DNA of 64,000 nucleotides from Archaeoglobaceae archaeon (GTDB taxonomy: Archaea > Halobacteriota > Archaeoglobi > Archaeoglobales > Archaeoglobaceae), in NCBI GenBank assembly GCA_026985525.1, contig JALSQI010000002.1, forward strand, positions 131 to 64,130. Direction: 5' to 3'. Position numbers and translations under genes: made by a program. The notes beneath the pieces are model-generated. The model searched no databases, was not told the origin of the DNA, and worked only from the letters and a program-made list of their open reading frames with translations. Below are positions 26,727 to 35,471 of the stretch, in pieces. The first letter of the stretch is position 1. Each line of letters begins with the position of its first letter.

Positions 26727-28058
26727 ATGAAGAATTCGAAGTTAGGAGTCTCCCCAGTAATAGGAGCAGTAATGTTGTTCGCAATGCTAATAATGCTACT
26801 TGCATTATTTCAATCCCAGCTTGTTCCATCTATGTGTAAAAATCAGGAGGAGAGAAATGCTGCTTTAATTGAAAAGTCCTTAGAAAAACTTGCAAATGAA
26901 CTAAGCGAAGGTAAAAGCACATCAGCAGTAATTGAAAGTGTGCACTACCAAAAGTATCCTTTCCTGTATTTTCCACCCTCACCCCCTATTACCGTGGAAC
27001 TTATACCTTACACAATGCACATTAGCTACAATACATCCTTTGGACGTAGAACTTTTAATATCACAAACACAAGGATCGTTGTTAAAACGTACTACTTTTA
27101 CTATCCACAGATAGAATACGTATATGAAAATGGAGCTCTTTTTGAAATAGAGAATAACATTACAATGGTAAAAATATCTCCTGAGAATAAAAGTCTCACG
27201 ATAATTGACGGAGAAAAATATACAGTAACGTCAAATTCAGCAATACCGGTTAGATTTACACTTAATTCTGAAGGAAGTTTTTACGCAAAAAATTTAACAA
27301 TTACTTTTAACTCTATATGTCCTGAAGGATGGAAAAACTACGCTTACGTAAGCGGAAATACAGTTAAAATCGTAATAAAAAACGTTAAAATTTACGTTTA
27401 CAGATACGCACAAAACTCAGAGGAGTACGAGGCTAACCTGACTCTTCTACCCTTAAGTAATACGAATATATCCTTAGCTTTGAACCAAAGCATAACTCTA
27501 AGCGTTAAAGCTGTTGACGAAAATTTGATGACAGCTATTCCGGGAGTTAGGGTCAACGTATCCGTGAAAAACGGAATAGTGAGTAGTAGAGAGTTAACGA
27601 CGAATTCTGAAGGGATAGCTACAACCACTTTTACTGCAGAAAAAACAGGTAATGCTGAAGTAGTTTTCAACGCATCTGGAAGAGTAGTAACGTATCACAT
27701 AACCGTAAGAGAGATTCCATCATTCTACACGACTAAATGGATTAACAAAGGAGGGACTGTATATGGTTATGCTTATAGTGAAATACCTCTATACGTTAAA
27801 GTAACAAAGAATGGATTACCAGTTGCAAATGCTCTTGTTTACTTTGGAGTTAACAACTCAAGTGTTGCTGAACTTATCGGCTACTATACAAAAAGTATGG
27901 GATACACCATCTACTCGTACACGAATTCTTCTGGAATAGCTAAGGTATACCTCGAACCAATACAGAACGGAAGCGTTGAAGTTTACTGCTACAGTGGGGG
28001 TTCGGGTGACGAAATTACTTTAAGAGTTGTTGTACTAAATCAAAGAGGTATGATGTAA
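26727..28058 (+). CDS. secreted type-IV-pilin-like protein with Ig-like (Big_1-type) domains
   Basis: Class III signal peptide MKNSKLG/VSPVIGAVMLFAMLIML (archaeal pilin N-terminal domain). There are two Ig-like segments (TTNSEGIATTTFTAEKTGNAEVVFNASG and YTNSSGIAKVYLEP) and about 14 N-x-S/T sequons. Confidence 0.6.
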   Translation: MKNSKLGVSPVIGAVMLFAMLIMLLALFQSQLVPSMCKNQEERNAALIEKSLEKLANELSEGKSTSAVIESVHYQKYPFLYFPPSPPITVELIPYTMHISYNTSFGRRTFNITNTRIVVKTYYFYYPQIEYVYENGALFEIENNITMVKISPENKSLTIIDGEKYTVTSNSAIPVRFTLNSEGSFYAKNLTITFNSICPEGWKNYAYVSGNTVKIVIKNVKIYVYRYAQNSEEYEANLTLLPLSNTNISLALNQSITLSVKAVDENLMTAIPGVRVNVSVKNGIVSSRELTTNSEGIATTTFTAEKTGNAEVVFNASGRVVTYHITVREIPSFYTTKWINKGGTVYGYAYSEIPLYVKVTKNGLPVANALVYFGVNNSSVAELIGYYTKSMGYTIYSYTNSSGIAKVYLEPIQNGSVEVYCYSGGSGDEITLRVVVLNQRGMM

Positions 28059-28170
28059 TTACAGCTTTTACAAAACGTTTTAACAGAAATTAGTAAAAAC
28101 AGACAACTGAAAAAATTTATAAGCCAATCAATATAAATGAGACAGGTATAATTGATTTGTTTAGCGGGGG

Positions 28171-28545
28171 ATGGTTATGGTAGAAGAGTTATCCGAAAAA
28201 GAAGAGCGTATCGTATCACTTTTGATAGAAACTGGTTTAAACAGAAGTGTTGCAAAAATAGTTGTGTTTCTATCAAGGGCTGGTGAGGCAGTTTCGAGAG
28301 ATATTGAGAAAGCCGCCGGTTTGAGGCAACCAGAAGTAAGCTTAGCGATGAAGGATTTAAAAGAGTGGGGGTGGATAAAGGAGAGAGAGTTAAAAAGAAC
28401 TGGTAAGGGCAGACCAATGAAAAGTTACAAGTTGACTATAGACCTCAAAGACATAGTAGCAGAGCTAATAGAGAAAAAGAGAAGAGAAGTAGAAACGCTT
28501 TCAAAACACCTCGACGAATTAGAAAAGTTAGTGGGATTGAAGTAA
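28171..28545 (+). CDS. winged-helix transcriptional regulator (ArsR/TrmB-like)
   Basis: 124 aa. wHTH core VSRDIEKAAGLRQPEVSLAMKDLKEWGWI plus a coiled-coil tail. Confidence 0.55.
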   Translation: MVMVEELSEKEERIVSLLIETGLNRSVAKIVVFLSRAGEAVSRDIEKAAGLRQPEVSLAMKDLKEWGWIKERELKRTGKGRPMKSYKLTIDLKDIVAELIEKKRREVETLSKHLDELEKLVGLK

Positions 28546-28563
28546 ACACGAAAGTAAAAAAAC

Positions 28564-29421
28564 ATGATTGACGTGATTGAAGAAATAATTGATGTGGAAT
28601 CCTTAAAGTCGTACGTTTTATCTAAAAGGGCAAAAGACGGTGGTTTTGCTTTTTGCTATCCTCTGCCATCCTCTCTACCCGAAACTTACTACGCTGTGTT
28701 TATACTCAAAACTCTCGACGAAGAAATCGAAGAAAAAGAAAAACTTGTGAGCTATCTTCATTCATCACTAAGAATGAATCCACACTCCGTTTACTTTGTA
28801 CTTAAAACTTTGAATTTGTTAAGGGAAAACTTACCAGATGTTAGCAACTTCGCTATTGAAAGACTAAACAAAGCTATGAGTAGAGTCGTTAGTAGTGAAA
28901 AGTTGCACGAAGCTGAGTCGGGAATAACAGCAACCTACTCTTTTGATATGCCAAACGTTTTAAGAGAAATTTACTCTCTCGTAACAGTTTTAAGGCTTTT
29001 AAAAGTAAATAGTAGGGAAGTTGAAAAAGCTAAGAAATTCATCGAAAATTTCAGAAAAAACGGAGGGTATGGCGTAAAGAATCCAAATCTCGAAGAAACT
29101 TACTACTGCGTTTCAATAAAAGGAGGAGACGATAAAGTCGTGAAATTCGTGATGGAAAGAGAGTGGAAAGATGGGGGATTTTGTAAAGTTCCCAACAGCT
29201 ATCCACCTTACATAGAAGACACGTACTTCGCTATAGAGTGCCTCTACTTTTCCAACTACAAGTATAGAGATTTCAGAACACTGAGATACATTTCGGAACT
29301 GCAGAATTCGGATGGTGGATTTAGAAGAAGTATATACCTTGGAACTTCGAGTTTGGAGTTTTCTTATTACGCAGTAGCTTCTATTTGCAGGATGATAAAT
29401 GCCGGCGTTTTTCTGCCCTAA
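28564..29421 (+). CDS. prenyltransferase/terpene-cyclase-like alpha-alpha toroid repeat protein
   Basis: Four repeats of the prenyltransferase beta-subunit type: KDGGFAF..ETYYAV, KNGGYGV..ETYYCV, KDGGFCK..DTYFAI and SDGGFRR..FSYYAV. Confidence 0.55.
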   Translation: MIDVIEEIIDVESLKSYVLSKRAKDGGFAFCYPLPSSLPETYYAVFILKTLDEEIEEKEKLVSYLHSSLRMNPHSVYFVLKTLNLLRENLPDVSNFAIERLNKAMSRVVSSEKLHEAESGITATYSFDMPNVLREIYSLVTVLRLLKVNSREVEKAKKFIENFRKNGGYGVKNPNLEETYYCVSIKGGDDKVVKFVMEREWKDGGFCKVPNSYPPYIEDTYFAIECLYFSNYKYRDFRTLRYISELQNSDGGFRRSIYLGTSSLEFSYYAVASICRMINAGVFLP

Positions 29422-29803
29422 GTGCTGGAAAGAAGTGAAAGAGAATTGCAAAGTATGCCCACATTGCGGTTACAAAATAGGCGAGTTTTCACTTCTAAGC
29501 TATGAAGAAAAAATGATTTTAGCTTTGAACCATAGAGTTGACGAGTTTAAGATAAACGCCATAAGGATCTTAAAAAACATAGGTAGCGAAAAAGCTGTTA
29601 TAGCGTTAAGAGAATTGTTTAACAAGGAAAACAGCATTCCTGTTTTATTAGAGGCAGTAGAGGCTTTGAAAAACCTTGCTTTTAGGCATGAGATTGCTTT
29701 AAAGTGTTTGAAAGAGATAAAAAATCACAGGGCAAGGGTTATTAGAGATGCTGTAAACTCTTCTTTAATAGAAGTCGAAAGTCTTCGAAGTCAACAAAGA
29801 TAG
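29399..29803 (+). CDS. zinc-ribbon plus HEAT-like repeat protein
   Basis: N-terminal CPKC...CPHC ribbon followed by HEAT/PBS-lyase-like helices (AIRILKNIGSEKAVIALRELF). It overlaps the upstream gene by 23 nt. Confidence 0.45.
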   Translation: MPAFFCPKCWKEVKENCKVCPHCGYKIGEFSLLSYEEKMILALNHRVDEFKINAIRILKNIGSEKAVIALRELFNKENSIPVLLEAVEALKNLAFRHEIALKCLKEIKNHRARVIRDAVNSSLIEVESLRSQQR

Positions 29804-30902
29804 CATCTCTATCCACAAGTTCTCTGAATTCTTCTTTTTTTCTAAAAGAAATTACTTTTTCCGCTACTTCAAACAATTGAACGTTTTTTTCGTTTATATC
29901 GCCTATTGGAAAGGCTGTATCTACTACAATGCCTTTTGCCAGCTTTAATGCAGTTTTTATTGTTTCTTCCTTTATACTGCTAAAAGCTTTTTCTGTTACG
30001 CATTTAACAGCTGAAGATTGTGCTACGCAACAGTCAACGTCACCGCAATGAAGGACTCCAGCCGTAAATGGTATTCCCATTTTGGACAAAAGTCTCATAA
30101 CTCTAACTCCACTTCCACCACCACAAACGACGTGAAGCTTGCTTTTTCCGCTGCAAAAAAGCTCGAAAGCCCCAGTCAATTCGTTAAATTTGGCTTTTTC
30201 TATTCCATAAACTTCTCTTACCAATTCGTCTTTCAGAACTTCTTCGGGAGTTCCCTGTTTTAAGATTTTACCCTGAGATACTAAAAGAACTCTATCGCAA
30301 ATCCTTAAAGCTAACTCTACATCGTGAGTTGTAAAAAACACTGCCGTTTTTTCTGCAATTCTCCTTAGCAGAAGCATTATCTCTACTCTATGATTTACGT
30401 CGAGAAAGCTCGTTGGTTCATCAAGAAGCATTATTTCTGGTTCTTGAGCTAAAGCTCTTGCAATCATAATCTTCTGCTTTTCTCCATCGCTCATTTGGGA
30501 GAAAGGTTTATCTGAAAGCTCTAAAGCGTTTACAAGCTTAAGACATTCGTTCACGATTTCAACATCTCTATTGCTCAACCTACCCAACGCATCTGTGTAC
30601 GGATACCTTCCAAGAGCAACAACTTCAAATCCGGTCATGTATCCCGCATCTATCCTCTCAGTAGTTGTAACGGAGAGCTTTTTTGCCAGCTCTAATCTGT
30701 TCATCTCGTAAACATTTCTTCCATCTAAGTAAACAACACCAGAAATTGGCTTTAGTATAGCAGCCAGTGTTTTCAACAGCGTCGTTTTTCCAGCCCCGTT
30801 TGGGCCAAGAATTGCAGTAACTTCTCCTCGTTTAATTTCAAAGTTTAAACTACTAAGAACAGTCTTTTTATGACCCACAGCAAGATTACTACACTTCAAC
30901 AT
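29742..30902 (-). CDS. ABC transporter ATP-binding protein (FepC/BtuD-like) fused to a C-terminal domain of unknown function
   Basis: Walker A GPNGAGKTT, signature MSDGEKQK and Walker B MLLDEP. An extra roughly 130-aa C-terminal domain (HVVCGGGSGVRV...) follows. No permease or binding protein is adjacent. Confidence 0.75.
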   Translation of the reverse strand: MLKCSNLAVGHKKTVLSSLNFEIKRGEVTAILGPNGAGKTTLLKTLAAILKPISGVVYLDGRNVYEMNRLELAKKLSVTTTERIDAGYMTGFEVVALGRYPYTDALGRLSNRDVEIVNECLKLVNALELSDKPFSQMSDGEKQKIMIARALAQEPEIMLLDEPTSFLDVNHRVEIMLLLRRIAEKTAVFFTTHDVELALRICDRVLLVSQGKILKQGTPEEVLKDELVREVYGIEKAKFNELTGAFELFCSGKSKLHVVCGGGSGVRVMRLLSKMGIPFTAGVLHCGDVDCCVAQSSAVKCVTEKAFSSIKEETIKTALKLAKGIVVDTAFPIGDINEKNVQLFEVAEKVISFRKKEEFRELVDRDAIFVDFEDFRLLLKKSLQHL

Positions 30903-30940
30903 CGTTAAACTTATCTTCTACCGAAATTTAAAAGGAGGGT

Positions 30941-31504
30941 ATGAAATTCAAAGTCAAAGTCAACAATAGAGAATACGAAGTGGAAATTCTGAACGCAGAC
31001 CCTCCAATTTTCGAAGTATCGGTAAACGGAAAAAAAACTGTTTTAAACGTAGCTGAAAAGAAAAAAAAGGACGTTTCCGAAAACGTGTTAGCAGCTGAAA
31101 TGTCTGGAACGATAGTGAAGGTAATGGTGAGAGAAGGAGATGAAGTAAAAGCTGGTCAACCAGTTATAATCTTAGAAGCGATGAAAATGGAAAACGAAGT
31201 TGTATCTCCAGTAGATGGTAAAGTTGCTAAAATTCTCGTAAAAGAAGGAGATAAAGTTACGCAAGGAGATCCGCTTATAGAGTTTAAAGAGGGGGTAGAA
31301 GTAAAGGTTTCGATTTCTGGTGTCGTAACAAAAGTGTTGAAGAGAGAAGGAGATGAAGTAAAAGCTGGTCAACCAGTTATAATCTTAGAAGCGATGAAAA
31401 TGGAAAACGAAGTTGTATCTCCAGTAGATGGTAAAGTTGCTAAAATTCTCGTAAAAGAAGGAGATAAAGTTACGCAAGGAGATACTGTAGCTTTTATAAG
31501 GTGA
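30941..31504 (+). CDS. biotin carboxyl carrier-type protein with two tandem biotinyl domains
   Basis: Two copies of EGDEVKAGQPVIILEAMKMENEVVSPVDGKV with the biotinylation motif AMKM. The N-terminal KVKVNNREYEVEI segment is typical of decarboxylase/carboxylase biotin carrier subunits. Confidence 0.75.
   Translation: MKFKVKVNNREYEVEILNADPPIFEVSVNGKKTVLNVAEKKKKDVSENVLAAEMSGTIVKVMVREGDEVKAGQPVIILEAMKMENEVVSPVDGKVAKILVKEGDKVTQGDPLIEFKEGVEVKVSISGVVTKVLKREGDEVKAGQPVIILEAMKMENEVVSPVDGKVAKILVKEGDKVTQGDTVAFIR
31129..31270 (+). repeat. intragenic direct repeat, copy 1 (142 nt, identical to 31342-31483)
   Basis: I compared the two copies base by base. Every position is identical, and the offset is 213 nt (71 codons). 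Confidence 0.95.
31342..31483 (+). repeat. intragenic direct repeat, copy 2 (142 nt, identical to 31129-31270)
   Basis: Same comparison as for copy 1. Confidence 0.95.
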
Positions 31505-31508
31505 TGTT

Positions 31509-32591
31509 ATGTTTTTCCTCCGGGTTTCTAAAACGGTTTATGGAGAAGGGGCAAGGAGAAAGTGTGGAGAAGTACTGAAAAAGTTGAAAGCAAAAAAAGT
31601 ACTTGTAATTACTGGAAAAAATACTGGAAAAACTTCTTACTTTAAAGATGTATTGGAGAGCATAGATAGTATTGACGGAGATGTAACGGTGATAGATATA
31701 GTCCACGGAGAACCGGATAGAGAAGTGGTTAACGAAGGTGTAGAATACGTTAAATCCCACGACGCGATAGTTGCATTTGGCGGTGGAAGTGTAATAGATA
31801 CGGCGAAAATGGTTAGTACCGGTAAAAAAATTGAAGATGTTGAAAGCGATAAAATAGAAAGAATCGTGAAATTAGTGGTAATACCGACAACTTTTGGTAC
31901 TGGGAGCGAGACTACTTGTGCTTCGGTAATAAAAGTAGGTAGCATTAAAAAAGGATTTCTCCACGAATCTCTCCTACCAGATTACGCGATAGTTGACTGG
32001 GAAATAAAAGCCCCTGAAAGTGTTGCTTCTTCATCAGGAATGGACGCAATTATGCACGCATTTGAAGCTTACACTTGCATAGAATCGGAGAAAGTTAATT
32101 TCAGTTTTTATTCAGGTTCAAATGAGATTACAGATACCTTAGCTTTAAAAGCTCTTAAAATGCTCAGAAATCTACCAGAATACGTAAGCAACTACAATTA
32201 CGCAAGAGAAATTGCTATTGGTAGTAACATTGCGGGAATTGCTTTCGGAAATGCAGGAGTTCACTTTGGACATGCAGCATCATACGCAATAGCAAAACTT
32301 AGCGGTGCACCTCACGGAGTTTGCGTTTCTTCAATTGGACAAGCTTTAATGGATTGGTTGAAAAACTTAGACAGTACTAAGGAAAAAGTTGAAAGAATTG
32401 CTAAAATTATGAGTATAGATGACGTAAGAAAAAGAGTTAAGCTACCATCCTTATCGGAGCTGGGAATAGGGTATGACGACATACCCGAGCTCGTTAAGAC
32501 GACTATGAGCATTAAAAGGTTGGTAGCTATGAGACCAGAGATAGACGAAAGAGCTGCAAGAGAAATATTCGAAATGGCGTTAACTTATTGA
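31509..32591 (+). CDS. iron-containing alcohol dehydrogenase family protein
   Basis: FGGGSVIDTAK motif and a His-rich metal site region (MHAFEAY, HFGHAASY). 360 aa. Confidence 0.75.
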   Translation: MFFLRVSKTVYGEGARRKCGEVLKKLKAKKVLVITGKNTGKTSYFKDVLESIDSIDGDVTVIDIVHGEPDREVVNEGVEYVKSHDAIVAFGGGSVIDTAKMVSTGKKIEDVESDKIERIVKLVVIPTTFGTGSETTCASVIKVGSIKKGFLHESLLPDYAIVDWEIKAPESVASSSGMDAIMHAFEAYTCIESEKVNFSFYSGSNEITDTLALKALKMLRNLPEYVSNYNYAREIAIGSNIAGIAFGNAGVHFGHAASYAIAKLSGAPHGVCVSSIGQALMDWLKNLDSTKEKVERIAKIMSIDDVRKRVKLPSLSELGIGYDDIPELVKTTMSIKRLVAMRPEIDERAAREIFEMALTY

Positions 32592-32636
32592 TGATATAGC
32601 AACCCTTATATATATTTTAGGCAGAAACTAAATGGG

Positions 32637-33581
32637 ATGTATACAGCTATCGTCGAATCTGCTCTTAGAATTTTGTGCAAAGCGGGATATAGAGTTACAG
32701 ATTTAATCGAAACTAAGCCGAGGTGTTTTGACATAGTAGCGAGAAAAGAAGACACGATATTGCTTATAAAGGTACTCTACAATGCCGATTCTTTAAAGCA
32801 AGAAATGGCTTCAGATATGAAGTTAGTTGCAAAAATATTAAACGCTTCACCAGTAGTAATAGGAGAAAAGTTCAAGTCCGATTACCTCGAAAGAGGTGTC
32901 GTTTACAACAGATACGGTTTGCCAGTAATAAACACAGCTACTTTTTACGACTTCATAGTAGAAGGAATACCTCCGATGGTTTACTCAGCTCCCGGGGGTT
33001 ACTACGTAAAACTCGACAGTGAAAAGATAAAAGATGCGAGAGAGAAAAAGGGTCTTACAATCGGCACTCTCGCGAGAATGTTGGGTGTTTCGAGGAGAGT
33101 TGTAAAGAAGTATGAAGAGGGGAGCGATACTTCTTTAGAAAATGCTGCAAAATTAGAAGAGTTGCTTGGAGAATACGTGGTTAAAGGAATAGACTTGTTG
33201 AATTTCGTAGAATTAGAAAAAATTGAAAATAAAGAAAATACGAGTAATTTGGAGAAGAGCGAAGCTGAGATAGTGGAGCAGTTAAAAGAAATAGGTCTTA
33301 ACATATACGCAGTCAAACACGCACCGTTCGATATAGTATCAGAGGTTTCTTCTGAAGAGAAACCTATACTAACGGGAATTAAACAAGTAAGAGAAATAGA
33401 GAAAAGAGCTGCGTTAATAGGAAGAGTTTCTGAGGTCGTTTCAGCTAAAGCGGCTTACATAGTCGAGAAAAAGGTAAGAAAAGGTGTTTCTTCAGTTGTA
33501 TTTCTCATGAAAGAAGAGCTTTCGTGCGTATCTTCTCCAAAAGATTTGGTCAGCCTTATAAAAGAAAAGTATGAAAATTAA
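32637..33581 (+). CDS. archaeal putative HTH-type (XRE-like) transcriptional regulator, ~310-aa family
   Basis: It has a central HTH, KKGLTIGTLARMLGVSRRVVKKYEEG. The architecture matches the conserved archaeal family of roughly 310-330 aa. Confidence 0.6.
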   Translation: MYTAIVESALRILCKAGYRVTDLIETKPRCFDIVARKEDTILLIKVLYNADSLKQEMASDMKLVAKILNASPVVIGEKFKSDYLERGVVYNRYGLPVINTATFYDFIVEGIPPMVYSAPGGYYVKLDSEKIKDAREKKGLTIGTLARMLGVSRRVVKKYEEGSDTSLENAAKLEELLGEYVVKGIDLLNFVELEKIENKENTSNLEKSEAEIVEQLKEIGLNIYAVKHAPFDIVSEVSSEEKPILTGIKQVREIEKRAALIGRVSEVVSAKAAYIVEKKVRKGVSSVVFLMKEELSCVSSPKDLVSLIKEKYEN

Positions 33582-35434
33582 GCTATTTCAACTTCCTTTA
33601 AACAACTTATTTCAAGCTCTTTTAGCTTTTCCTCAGTTGGCTTTCCGTTTATCCACCCTCTAAGATTGTAGTATTCCTCCTTCAACCTTTCGAGATCAAC
33701 TACTTCTCCTTTTGCTGGTCCTTCAGGTAGTGGTTCTTTTAACAATCTTTCAGGCAGTACGTCATCTTTACCATCAAAGCCGTACATGTTCATTATTAGC
33801 CTCTCCAAGTTGTATATTCTCTCACCAATTTTCATTACTTCTTCGCTGTTTAACTCTCTTCCAGTAACTGCAGAAAGTAAAACTGCGTAGTCTTCAGCTC
33901 CCAATGCAAAAGTCGTAAACAGACAGTTAACCGCTGAGTTAACAACACACGTTAAATCTTGGAAAGCTTTCACCCACATTGCCTTTCCTTCGTAACTGAG
34001 TGGATCTATCTTTTCCGGACATCCAAGTATTTCCGGAGATATAGTATATCCCGTAACGTGGCAACCTCCTCTATTCGCCGTTGCGTAGTTCAAGCCTATA
34101 CCTTTAGCTCCTCTTGGGTCGTATGCAGGAAGTTCAAGCCCCTTAACGCTCATAGAAAGTTCAGGACATCCAAACATTTCGGCAAGTCTCTTACTTCCCA
34201 AAGCTAAGTACTTTCCGAATCCACTCTTGTAAGCAGTTCTCCACACCATCTCAACTACTGCAGAAGCGTTACCAAACCTTAAGTCGATTCCCTCAAGCAA
34301 CTCTTCTGGAATGCATCCCTTCTCAACCAATTCCATTGCACAAGCTATCGTTGACCCCATGGATATCGTGTCAATGCCGAGTTCATCGCAGAGGTGGTTT
34401 GCTTTTATAACCGCATCCAACTCTTCTATGTCAGTAGAGCTACCAAGAGACCATATAGATTCGTATTCAGGCCCTTCAGAATAATTTATTTGATATGGCC
34501 CAGCTTCAACTTTCGTTACTCTCGCACATCCTATTTGACATCCCCAACATGCACCGTTCCTTATGAGGTATTTTTCCCTTAGCGTTTCACCGCTTATCTT
34601 ATCAGCTTTGGGATTTACTCCAGTCTGCCAGTTTCTCGTAGGAAATATACCAGCGTTGTTTATTATGTTCACCAAAACCGCAGTTCCATACCTCGGTAAA
34701 CCTTCACTCGTAACTGGGTGAGACTTAATCTTTTCTATTGCTTTCTTAACGACTTCTCTATACCTCTCTTGATCTGCAGGCTCTGGCCTTTCGTTTCCAC
34801 CAACAACTATCGCCTTTAAACCCTTACTGCCCATTATAGCTCCAACGCCTGTCCTGCCAGCAGCCCTGTGATTGTCATTCATTATTGCCGAAAAAAGAAC
34901 GCCATTTTCTCCAGCTGGGCCTATGCACGCCACGCTACACTTGCCACACTTATCTTTAAGTATCTTAGTCGTGTCAAAAGTCGTCCTTCCCCACAAGTTT
35001 GAAGCCGACTTTATTTCGGCACTTCCGTCTATTACTTCTAAGTAAACGGGTTCTGGAGAAGCACCTCTAATTATTATTGCGTCAAATCCAGCGAATTTTA
35101 GATAAGGACCCCACTTACCTCCAGAATTTGAGCTCGCAATTGAGCCAGTTAGAGGAGATTTAAGAGCCATTACGTGATACCTACCAGCTGAAGGAAAGCG
35201 AGATACTCCAGTTGCTGGACCTGTGGCAAAAATGAGTACGTTCTCTTCACCAAGAGCGTTGATGTCTTTTGGAGATATACCTTCTTTCATGTACTCTTTA
35301 AGTGTTTCGTATAGCACTGCTGTTGCGTATCCCTTTCCTCCAATGTATTTCTCAGCTATACTCATGTCAGTTTTTTCGACTTTAACGCTACCTTCACTCA
35401 AGTTTACGTCTAAAATATTGCCCATGTACCCCAT
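33578..35434 (-). CDS. tungsten-containing aldehyde:ferredoxin oxidoreductase family protein
   Basis: 618 aa. N-terminal GNILDVNLSEG, IGGKG, and the Cys motif CWGCQIGC for the 4Fe-4S cluster. Overall AOR-family colinearity. Confidence 0.85.
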   Translation of the reverse strand: MGYMGNILDVNLSEGSVKVEKTDMSIAEKYIGGKGYATAVLYETLKEYMKEGISPKDINALGEENVLIFATGPATGVSRFPSAGRYHVMALKSPLTGSIASSNSGGKWGPYLKFAGFDAIIIRGASPEPVYLEVIDGSAEIKSASNLWGRTTFDTTKILKDKCGKCSVACIGPAGENGVLFSAIMNDNHRAAGRTGVGAIMGSKGLKAIVVGGNERPEPADQERYREVVKKAIEKIKSHPVTSEGLPRYGTAVLVNIINNAGIFPTRNWQTGVNPKADKISGETLREKYLIRNGACWGCQIGCARVTKVEAGPYQINYSEGPEYESIWSLGSSTDIEELDAVIKANHLCDELGIDTISMGSTIACAMELVEKGCIPEELLEGIDLRFGNASAVVEMVWRTAYKSGFGKYLALGSKRLAEMFGCPELSMSVKGLELPAYDPRGAKGIGLNYATANRGGCHVTGYTISPEILGCPEKIDPLSYEGKAMWVKAFQDLTCVVNSAVNCLFTTFALGAEDYAVLLSAVTGRELNSEEVMKIGERIYNLERLIMNMYGFDGKDDVLPERLLKEPLPEGPAKGEVVDLERLKEEYYNLRGWINGKPTEEKLKELEISCLKEVEIA

Positions 35435-35471
35435 AATTTAACATCTTTTTCAAAACATAAATATTTAGTTA

